Origin: an uncultured bacterium
GTDB lineage: Bacteria; Patescibacteriota; Minisyncoccia; Phycocordibacterales; UBA1006
Length of the DNA stretch: 54,085 bases
Assembly (NCBI GenBank): GCA_937868685.1
Contig: CALMMZ010000232.1
Location: 1 to 54,085, forward strand
Direction of reading: 5' to 3'
The translations under genes and the position numbers were made by a program. This document shows, in pieces, positions 9,055-16,700 of this stretch (its first letter is position 1; every line of letters starts with the position of its first letter). The notes beneath the pieces were generated by a model, which ran no database searches, had not been told where the DNA came from, and was given only the letters and a program-made list of their open reading frames with translations.

Positions 9055-9612
9055 ATGTCACACGAAAAAAAGAAATCCATACATTATGTTAATAACCAAA
9101 AACTAGCAGAGGAAATCTCTAAGTATAGAGAATCCGTGGAGAAAGCGCAGAAAGAAGGAAAACCTGAACCAAGGATTCCTGATTACATTGGGAAGTGTAT
9201 TTGGGACATTGCAGAGAAGTTGTCCACAAAACCATGCTTCATAAACTATTCCTTCCGTGATGAAATGGTTTCAGATGGGATAGAAAACTGTTTCCTGTAT
9301 TTCAAGGATTATGATCCAAATTTCATCAGTGAGACCTCTGCGGCAAAAGGAACAGGTCCAAATCCATTTGCTTACTTTACTCAGATCATTTACTATGCGT
9401 TTATTAGAAGAATCAACAAGGAAGAAAAGAACAGATATATCCTTTATAAAAACTTCAATGAGACCTTATCCCATGTGGATCCTGCACTATTAGCAGATGG
9501 TGATAATAGGGAAGTTATTCCTACTCAAATGTACGAAAACATTAATACCTTTATGAAGAAGTTTGAGGAAAAGGAAAAGATGAAAAAGTTAAAGAGGAAA
9601 AATCAAAAGTAA
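9055..9612 (+). CDS. gp55: late-transcription sigma factor gp55
   Basis: YVNNQKLAEEI vs T4 YVNNKELLQAI. NPFAYFTQIIYYAFIRRINKEEK vs T4 [23 protein letters not shown]. Start is uncertain: 9016, 9037 or 9055, and 9055 has an AGGGA SD. Confidence 0.85.
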   Translation: MSHEKKKSIHYVNNQKLAEEISKYRESVEKAQKEGKPEPRIPDYIGKCIWDIAEKLSTKPCFINYSFRDEMVSDGIENCFLYFKDYDPNFISETSAAKGTGPNPFAYFTQIIYYAFIRRINKEEKNRYILYKNFNETLSHVDPALLADGDNREVIPTQMYENINTFMKKFEEKEKMKKLKRKNQK

Positions 9613-9622
9613 GAATATTCTA

Positions 9623-9650
9623 TTGACATTTTTTTCTGATATTGTATAAT
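9623..9650 (+). promoter_or_regulatory. sigma70-type (early) promoter
   Basis: TTGACA-N16-TATAAT with TG immediately upstream of the -10. It precedes the ATG at 9675. Confidence 0.65.
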
Positions 9651-9674
9651 GTATCAAGAAACGGAATTAAAACC

Positions 9675-9878
9675 ATGAATAACAAGAGTTCATATGTTCC
9701 ACATCAAGTGGCACAGTTAATTGACAGTATGCTTTCCAAGGATGATAATGTATATCTCCGCGGAAACTATAGAGCTCGTCTGGATATTATCCAAGAGGAA
9801 ATAAACAAGGCGATCCGAAAATATGATTATGAGTTGCAGCTATCGGATGCATCAAAACAAAAAACGAAACGAGCTTAA
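9675..9878 (+). CDS. hypothetical protein
   Basis: 67-aa ORF from the first ATG downstream of the promoter. The track ORF start (TTG at 9642) lies inside the promoter. Confidence 0.55.
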   Translation: MNNKSSYVPHQVAQLIDSMLSKDDNVYLRGNYRARLDIIQEEINKAIRKYDYELQLSDASKQKTKRA

Positions 9879-9880
9879 TT

Positions 9881-10450
9881 ATGAGATATATTATTGCACT
9901 ATTAATTGTTATGATCACTACCAATGCATTTGCTGCCCAGGAAGCAGGATCCATAAATCTTCCAAATTACTGGAAGCTTATAAAGTACAACAAAGATAAT
10001 AGTAGTGAATTTTCACATTGTTCTATAATGAATGAATGGGTTCCATCAACGGAATATAATAAGAAAAGGATGCGAGCATCGGTTCTTCATTTTGCGTTGA
10101 AAGTATATAAAGGAAAGAGTATGGAATTGCTTTTGGGTGGTTCTGGTTGGGAATTAAATCCCGCTACAAAATATACAATCAAAACTATAACATCCGATGG
10201 ACAAAGTTGGGTCTTTGACCGGGTTACAGCAATAGATCAATCAATTCTATCTGCAATATTTACCCCTCAAGATGGTAAATGGTATTCATCCATGATGAGA
10301 TCAGATTCAGTTGAATTTCTCATAAATGGACAATCTATCGGACAATTTACACTTGAAGGATCACGCATTGCATTTTCGGAACTATTGAATTGTTGGTCTT
10401 CTAGTCTAGATACGCAGAAATTTGATCCTTCATTTGGAGGTAATAAGTGA
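9881..10450 (+). CDS. hypothetical secreted protein
   Basis: 189 aa. N-terminal signal peptide MRYIIALLIVMITTNAFAAQE. Confidence 0.65.
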   Translation: MRYIIALLIVMITTNAFAAQEAGSINLPNYWKLIKYNKDNSSEFSHCSIMNEWVPSTEYNKKRMRASVLHFALKVYKGKSMELLLGGSGWELNPATKYTIKTITSDGQSWVFDRVTAIDQSILSAIFTPQDGKWYSSMMRSDSVEFLINGQSIGQFTLEGSRIAFSELLNCWSSSLDTQKFDPSFGGNK

Positions 10451-11526
10451 GCAAGCTTGCAATTATAACTGATACACACCATGGAGTAAGAAACGATAGT
10501 CCAGTTTTCCATGAATACTTCGACAAATCATTTAAGTGGTTTTTTGAGGAAATAGACAAACAAAACATTGAACACATCATCCACGCAGGTGATGTGGTAG
10601 ACAGAAGAAAGTATGTAAACTATGTCACAGCACACAAACTCAGAACTCAGTTTCTGGATCCAATCGATTCAAGACGTATAGAGACACACATTATCTGTGG
10701 TAACCATGACGTAACGTATAAGAATACAAATTACATTAATGCCTTGGATGAATTGATTGGTGATCGCTATCCTTCCATTCATTTGTATATCAACCCAGCA
10801 ATGATCAACATTGACGGTCTTGATATTCAGTTGCTTCCCTGGATCAATCAGGAGAACTGGGCAGATTCACACCACACCATTCAATCAACCACATCTGAAA
10901 TTTTGATTGGGCATCTTGAGTTGCTTGGGTTTGAGTTGTTCCGTGGTGTCACATCCGATCATGGTGAAAGCAAAGAATTGTTTTCAAAGTTTGATATGGT
11001 AATGTCAGGTCACTATCACCACAAATCAACGGTAGACAATATACATTATCTTGGTGCATTTACTGAACATACCTGGAGCGATTATAATGATCCTCGAGGT
11101 TTTCATATCTTTGACACTGATACACGCAAATTGGAATTCCATCAAAATCCATTTGTGATGTTCAAGATGATATCCTATGATGACGTTAAGTATCCAGATA
11201 TAATGGAGAAGATAGCACAGAAGGATTATTTCTCATACAAAGATTCCTACGTTAAAATCGTATGTGTGAACAGAACTAATCCATATGCATTCGATTTGCT
11301 TTTGGATAAGTTGAATAATGTTGGTGTGGTAGATATTTCAATCGTGGAAGACCTGGGTATTAATTCTGACACTGGTGTTGAAGAAGACTTTGATCAAACA
11401 CAGGATACATCCGCAATCCTTTCCAATTACATAAAAGGATTGACATTACCCGTTGATAATAGTATAATGATAAATTACATGAAAGAGATTTACTTGGAAG
11501 CAATTAGTCAGGAACACGTAGAATGA
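10447..11526 (+). CDS. gp47: recombination endonuclease subunit gp47 (Mre11-like)
   Basis: Calcineurin-like phosphoesterase motifs ITDTHHG, HAGDVVD, GNHD and SGHYHH. GTG start overlaps the upstream stop. Adjacent to the Rad50-like gp46. Confidence 0.9.
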   Translation: MSKLAIITDTHHGVRNDSPVFHEYFDKSFKWFFEEIDKQNIEHIIHAGDVVDRRKYVNYVTAHKLRTQFLDPIDSRRIETHIICGNHDVTYKNTNYINALDELIGDRYPSIHLYINPAMINIDGLDIQLLPWINQENWADSHHTIQSTTSEILIGHLELLGFELFRGVTSDHGESKELFSKFDMVMSGHYHHKSTVDNIHYLGAFTEHTWSDYNDPRGFHIFDTDTRKLEFHQNPFVMFKMISYDDVKYPDIMEKIAQKDYFSYKDSYVKIVCVNRTNPYAFDLLLDKLNNVGVVDISIVEDLGINSDTGVEEDFDQTQDTSAILSNYIKGLTLPVDNSIMINYMKEIYLEAISQEHVE

Positions 11527-11966
11527 TACAGCATAAACATTTAATTGTCAGAGCGGAAGTTAATTCCCCACCACTAGCAGATCAAAAGGATCTTGTTGGG
11601 GACAACATTGTTCAATTAATCAGTGATTTAGGTATGAAAATTTTATCTGGTCCTCATGTTGAATATGTTAATGTTCCTGGTAATGCAGGTATGACAGCAG
11701 TTTGTATTATTGAAACTTCGCACATAGCAATGCATGTTTGGGATGAAGTGGAACCAGCACTACTACAATTGGATGTCTATAGTTGTAGTTCATTGGATGA
11801 ACAAATTGTATTTGATTGGTTGAAGTTTTTCGATCCAGTGAGAATTGAATATAAGTATCTTGATAGAGAACACTTTTTACAACTGGTTAAGGATGGAACA
11901 TTAGAAAAGAAGGATGGTTCTTTTGTTGTTTCACCAGGAGTAGAAATGTCCGAGAAAGATGATTAA
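11523..11966 (+). CDS. speD: S-adenosylmethionine decarboxylase proenzyme (pyruvoyl type)
   Basis: 147 aa. HLIVRAE ... CIIETSHIAMHVWDE matches the bacterial SpeD/SpeH E-S self-cleavage site context (ESHxxxHTWPE). ATGA overlap with gp47. Confidence 0.75.
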   Translation: MIQHKHLIVRAEVNSPPLADQKDLVGDNIVQLISDLGMKILSGPHVEYVNVPGNAGMTAVCIIETSHIAMHVWDEVEPALLQLDVYSCSSLDEQIVFDWLKFFDPVRIEYKYLDREHFLQLVKDGTLEKKDGSFVVSPGVEMSEKDD

Positions 11967-11975
11967 GGGAAATGA

Positions 11976-13697
11976 ATGTTAGTATTGCAGACAATAAGAT
12001 GGAAGAATTTTCTAAGCACGGGAAATGCCTTTACTGAAATACCTCTCAATGAAGAATCAACTACACTAATCATCGGTGAAAATGGAAGTGGAAAGTCAAC
12101 GATAATGGATGCGTTGACTTTTGTTTTGTATGGCAAACCTTTTCGCAAGATTAACAAACCAGGTCTTGTAAATAAAATCAACAACAAGAACTGCGTGGTT
12201 GAAATAGAATTTTCTATTCACAACAAAGAATATAAAGTGATCCGAGGTATCAAACCAAACATATTTGAGATTTGGTGTGATGGTGTCTTTATCAATCAAG
12301 ACAGTGCATCTAGGGATTATCAAGACTATCTTGAAAAGTTTATCCTCCGAATGAACTATAAAACGTTCACTCAGGTCGTTATTCTAGGTTCAGCAGCATT
12401 CGTTCCTTTCATGCAGTTGACACCAGCAGATAGAAGACAGGTGATTGAAAACCTACTTGATATCCAGGTCTTCTCCACAATGAATATGATCATCAAACAG
12501 AAGTATCAGGTCAACAGAGAGGAACTTGAAAAAAACAAGATTGAGTCTTTGGGTAAAGTCAACAACAAAGACTACATGGAGAAAAATCTTGAAAGTCTAA
12601 GAAAGAATACAGAATCTCAGATGGAAAAACTTAAAAAGGAAAGTGACGAATACCAAGAGGCAATCAATACTCTTTTGGATGATACAAATCTCTTTGAGCA
12701 CAAACAAGATAGTGTTTTGAAGACTTATAAGGAACTTTTGGATAAAGATTTTGTAAAGACAAAGAATGAGTATGTTAAAGTCCAGGTAAAGATTGAATCA
12801 AACTTGAATAGACTCATTAAAGACATGAATATTTTTCATCAAGACAATTGTCCGACATGCAAACAGTCAATTGCAACCAATCACAAGGAGATTGCACTTG
12901 AGGAAGCAAACCTAAAGAAAATTGAGTATGAATCGGCACTGGAATCTATTGCCAAGAAATTGGAACATTTGGATAATATGATTGCTGAACAAAATGATGT
13001 AAATGCTCGTTTGGTTAAATTTAACAACGTAATATCTTCCAACAAATCGGAAATCAGATCACTGGAAAGAATGGTTGCTGCGATAAAAGATAACTTGCAA
13101 TCGTTCAAGAATTCTGATATACTGATCGAAGACAATGAAAAACAACTGGAAATTATTACAGAGGAAATCTTGTCTCTGGAAAAGAAAAAACAGGAACTAT
13201 TGGATGAAAGACAGTTGATTGATACTGCTACCATGCTACTCAAGGATGGTGGTATCAAAACAAAGATCATCAAACAATATCTTCCTATTATCAACCAGAA
13301 GATCAACAAGTACCTAATGAAAATGGGATTCTTTTGTAGTTTCAATTTGAATGAAAACTTCGAGGAAGTGATTCAATCAAGGTACATGGATGAATTCTCT
13401 TATCACAATTTCAGTGAAGGTGAGAAGGCAAGAATCGACCTTGCAATTCTTTTTGCATGGCGAGAAGTTGCACGAAAGAGAAACAGTGCAAATTGTAATC
13501 TGCTAATTTTCGATGAAATCTTTGATAGTTCCCTTGACGCAAAGGGAACAGATGATTTTATGACTATTATGTTAAGTCTTACCTCTGGTGAGAATGTAAT
13601 TGTTATCAGTCACAAAACAGACCAGATCATTGACAAGTTTAGAAAGACATATAAGGTCACCAAGGTCCAAAATTTCAGTCGTGTTGCAGAGCACTAA
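11976..13697 (+). CDS. gp46: recombination endonuclease subunit gp46 (Rad50/SbcC-like ATPase)
   Basis: Walker A GENGSGKST. Zinc-hook-like CPTC in the central coiled coil. Signature FSEGEKARIDLAILFAW. Walker B LLIFDEIFD. Colinear with T4 gp46. Confidence 0.95.
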   Translation: MLVLQTIRWKNFLSTGNAFTEIPLNEESTTLIIGENGSGKSTIMDALTFVLYGKPFRKINKPGLVNKINNKNCVVEIEFSIHNKEYKVIRGIKPNIFEIWCDGVFINQDSASRDYQDYLEKFILRMNYKTFTQVVILGSAAFVPFMQLTPADRRQVIENLLDIQVFSTMNMIIKQKYQVNREELEKNKIESLGKVNNKDYMEKNLESLRKNTESQMEKLKKESDEYQEAINTLLDDTNLFEHKQDSVLKTYKELLDKDFVKTKNEYVKVQVKIESNLNRLIKDMNIFHQDNCPTCKQSIATNHKEIALEEANLKKIEYESALESIAKKLEHLDNMIAEQNDVNARLVKFNNVISSNKSEIRSLERMVAAIKDNLQSFKNSDILIEDNEKQLEIITEEILSLEKKKQELLDERQLIDTATMLLKDGGIKTKIIKQYLPIINQKINKYLMKMGFFCSFNLNENFEEVIQSRYMDEFSYHNFSEGEKARIDLAILFAWREVARKRNSANCNLLIFDEIFDSSLDAKGTDDFMTIMLSLTSGENVIVISHKTDQIIDKFRKTYKVTKVQNFSRVAEH

Positions 13698-13764
13698 ATA
13701 AATGAATTATTATTTGTGCATTTAGCTAAAAAAGCACTTAAATTTCACGCAGAAAGGACATAAC

Positions 13765-13989
13765 ATGTCTAAGCTACCGTATGATAGTTTTATATCAGCA
13801 TTGAATAACTACCAAACTCTGGATATTCTATCGGAGTCATTGGGAACAAATCAATCAGAAGTTATCAAGTGGGTACTAACTATGCAGCAAGAAGCATATA
13901 GAGAGTTTGCAAAGTTTGCATTCCTATACATTTCATTTCTTGCTTATCCATTTATCTCCAAATGGGCCCCAGCAGCAAAATTGTGCTAA
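13765..13989 (+). CDS. hypothetical protein
   Basis: 74-aa ORF with AAAGGA SD. Confidence 0.5.
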   Translation: MSKLPYDSFISALNNYQTLDILSESLGTNQSEVIKWVLTMQQEAYREFAKFAFLYISFLAYPFISKWAPAAKLC

Positions 13990-14003
13990 AGAAGGATTAG
14001 ATC

Positions 14004-14192
14004 ATGGCAAAACGAAACAAGAAAGCAACTTTCAAAATCAATAAAGGTAGTCCAGATAGAAACATGGCAAAATATCATATTGGGAAACCAGTTTTGCCAT
14101 GGTATCTGCATGTTCAAATGGAAGATTTGAAAGACATGCAAGAGAAGATCAAGGTTGATACAGGTCAAGGTGATACAATTAGAATTGAATAG
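14004..14192 (+). CDS. hypothetical basic protein
   Basis: 62-aa ORF with GAAGGA SD. Confidence 0.5.
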   Translation: MAKRNKKATFKINKGSPDRNMAKYHIGKPVLPWYLHVQMEDLKDMQEKIKVDTGQGDTIRIE

Positions 14193-14199
14193 GTGATGT

Positions 14200-14934
14200 A
14201 TGGCATGGTACGACCATGAGGAACTTAAGAATCCGGAACACAGAAGCACAAGATACAAGTTTACATTTTCAACATATTACTCCACTAAAGAATTACAGGA
14301 TGAATGGGATTCCCTAAACGAAACTCAGAGACATGAATATATTGATGTTACACCACGTTGGTTGTTGGATCAAGTATCCATGCATTCTGGTGGTGCAATA
14401 GGTGCAGATTCATTCTTTGGTGCATGTGCTCGCGCTGTTGGACATAGGGTAATTCATCATTCTTTTGAGGGTCATGCAACGAAAGTTCCAATCAATGAAA
14501 TATATCGGCATTCTCAACATGATCTTGAGGAAGCAACTCTTGCAACTGTTTTAGCAGCACAAGTATTGCAGAGAAACTTAGGTAAGGATCAATATGTAAA
14601 AAAGTTGATTCTTCGCAATTCTCTTATAATCAAACATGCTTCAATAGTTTTTGCCGTTGGATATATTAATAGAGACGGAATTAAAGGTGGAACAGCATGG
14701 GGAGTAGCTATAGCAGCACAAGATAAAATTCCTACATATGTTTATGACATGAATACTAGATGCTGGTACTCATACATTCTGGATGATAATAAACTAAAGA
14801 GTATTCCTGTCACTGGAGATAATTTGCTTATTAGAAATGCTGACTATGCAGGTATAGGTTCCAGAAAACTAACAGAAGATGGTGAGCAAGCAATTAAGAA
14901 TTTGTATGTGAGATATTTGAATGAAAAACACTAA
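14200..14934 (+). CDS. SLOG / DprA-like Rossmann-fold protein (nucleotide- or DNA-binding), function unknown
   Basis: 244 aa. HSGGAIGADSFFGACA followed by LILRNSLIIKHASIVFAVGY...GGTAWGVAIA matches the GGAxGxD ... RN ... GGT pattern of DprA/Smf, YpsA and DUF2493-type SLOG proteins. Confidence 0.5.
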   Translation: MAWYDHEELKNPEHRSTRYKFTFSTYYSTKELQDEWDSLNETQRHEYIDVTPRWLLDQVSMHSGGAIGADSFFGACARAVGHRVIHHSFEGHATKVPINEIYRHSQHDLEEATLATVLAAQVLQRNLGKDQYVKKLILRNSLIIKHASIVFAVGYINRDGIKGGTAWGVAIAAQDKIPTYVYDMNTRCWYSYILDDNKLKSIPVTGDNLLIRNADYAGIGSRKLTEDGEQAIKNLYVRYLNEKH

Positions 14935-16522
14935 ATTGATGGAAAGTCCTGTCAACAAAACCTTTGAGGAGATTTTGGTGATGGATGATGATTCATTTAC
15001 ACAATGGGTAATAGATTTACGTGAAACGGTGGTGGACCTTTGGGACAACGAAGGACTGCCACCCAAAGTTGGTTATAGCAAGGAAGAAATCATCGATAAC
15101 TTCAAAAAGATGATTGCATACCCAGTCAATGAAATTGAGATTGAGAAGGATGTTATTCGTAACACAACCATTCTTGGCAATGCAGTCAATGAGTGGTTTC
15201 CTACTATGATGAAGACCAAGATATCCTATAGCTCAAAGGGTAATGCAAAGTCAATTTATGACTATTTCAAGGAACCAGACCTTCTGGAAACATTCATAAC
15301 ATATGCAAAGAGACATTTTAAGAGAGATAGTTTCTATCACTATTCAAACCCAATTAGTGTTGGTGATGTATTAACATTTGGTCAAAAACCATATGTTGTG
15401 ACAACACCAGAAGAATTCCGTGATTGGTTTGAAAAAAATGGAATGAGAAACAAAAGTGAGTATGACTATTGGTTATGCCCAGTGAAGGAGAAGTCTGCTT
15501 ATTCGGGATACAATACTGATCTAAGCAAAAAGCAAAACTTGTTTGTTGATGGGGATTTTAAGGCACCTCGAAGATGCAAAACAAATGTTGATAAAACCCG
15601 TTCTAATAAATACTCGATTAGATTATATAAGAGGGGCCAGAAATTGTTCCCTATTGGGTTGAAGGCGTTTCGTGTGTCTTTCTGTCAGTATGCAGTTAAT
15701 TTTCCACCTCTAACAGCAAGGTACCTATATGAACGTTTTACTAAACATATACCAAAAAATTCACAGGTTTATATATATGACCCTTCAATGGGCTGGGGCG
15801 GTAGGTTGGTTGGTGCTTTGTCTAGCACCTTGGATCGGAATGTTTGCTATGTGGGGACTGACCCTAACACTGATCACAATATTTCGCACGGTGTCACTAA
15901 GTATCACCAGATTGGTGAATTCTTTAACAAGAATGTACGAATCAGTGGTTCTTTGTTTGGTAGACACCATAAGTTTGATATTTTCCAAGATGGGTCGGAA
16001 GTAATTTCTGAAAACCCAAAGTTTCAGAAATACAAAGGTAAACTGGACTTGGTGTTTACAAGTCCACCATATTTCAATAAGGAAGTTTATTCAGATGACG
16101 AGGAGCAATCCTGTCATAAGTTTGAGAATTATGAAGCGTGGAGAGACGGGTTTTTAAAACCAACTTTGGCCACATGTGTAGAATATCTTAAGCATGATCG
16201 TTATCTGTTATGGAACATTGCAAATATTGTCCTAGCAGGAAACATGCTTCCTCTTGAAGAGGATTCAAAAAAGATATTAGAAGACCTTGGGATGCAATAT
16301 GTCACAACTATCAAGATGACACTTGCTCAGATGCCAGGATCAAATCGATTGGAGGAAACAGGTGAAATTGAGTCTGTACGAATTAATACAGTCTTTGGTG
16401 AGATTACCAAAGAAGTCCCAGTTACAAAGGGACAGATGAAAAACTTTGTAAAGATTAAGGACAAAAAGAATAAAAACATGATGCTCAAATATGAGCCAAT
16501 TTTTTGTTACTACAAACCATAA
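14921..16522 (+). CDS. DNA methyltransferase (N6-adenine or N4-cytosine; motif I before motif IV) with large N-terminal extension
   Basis: 533 aa. SAM motif I-like IYDPSMGWGGRLVG, then catalytic motif IV FTSPPYF about 95 aa downstream. The N-terminal 270 aa or so are unassigned. Confidence 0.7.
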   Translation: MKNTKLMESPVNKTFEEILVMDDDSFTQWVIDLRETVVDLWDNEGLPPKVGYSKEEIIDNFKKMIAYPVNEIEIEKDVIRNTTILGNAVNEWFPTMMKTKISYSSKGNAKSIYDYFKEPDLLETFITYAKRHFKRDSFYHYSNPISVGDVLTFGQKPYVVTTPEEFRDWFEKNGMRNKSEYDYWLCPVKEKSAYSGYNTDLSKKQNLFVDGDFKAPRRCKTNVDKTRSNKYSIRLYKRGQKLFPIGLKAFRVSFCQYAVNFPPLTARYLYERFTKHIPKNSQVYIYDPSMGWGGRLVGALSSTLDRNVCYVGTDPNTDHNISHGVTKYHQIGEFFNKNVRISGSLFGRHHKFDIFQDGSEVISENPKFQKYKGKLDLVFTSPPYFNKEVYSDDEEQSCHKFENYEAWRDGFLKPTLATCVEYLKHDRYLLWNIANIVLAGNMLPLEEDSKKILEDLGMQYVTTIKMTLAQMPGSNRLEETGEIESVRINTVFGEITKEVPVTKGQMKNFVKIKDKKNKNMMLKYEPIFCYYKP

Positions 16523-16550
16523 GCATACTGATTAAATTTCTTTCTCCGGA

Positions 16551-16602
16551 AGAAACTTTGTTTCTTGCCAGTAATCATTCTTGGTGAGAAACTTTGTTTC
16601 TT
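16551..16602 (+). repeat. two copies of a 16-nt dyad-symmetric element AGAAACTTTGTTTCTT
   Basis: Identical 16-mers at 16551-16566 and 16587-16602. Each is a palindrome (AGAAAC ttt GTTTCT). Both lie in a 178-nt non-coding gap. Confidence 0.8.
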
Positions 16603-16653
16603 CTGAATACTATTATATGTGAAAAATGCATAGCAGTCATGCAGGATTGTATG

Positions 16654-16682
16654 TTGCATCTGACGCAATAATCGTTTATTAT
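16654..16682 (+). promoter_or_regulatory. sigma70-type promoter candidate
   Basis: TTGCAT-N17-TATTAT upstream of the ATG at 16701. Confidence 0.4.
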
Positions 16683-16700
16683 AAAGACTGAAATTTTGCA

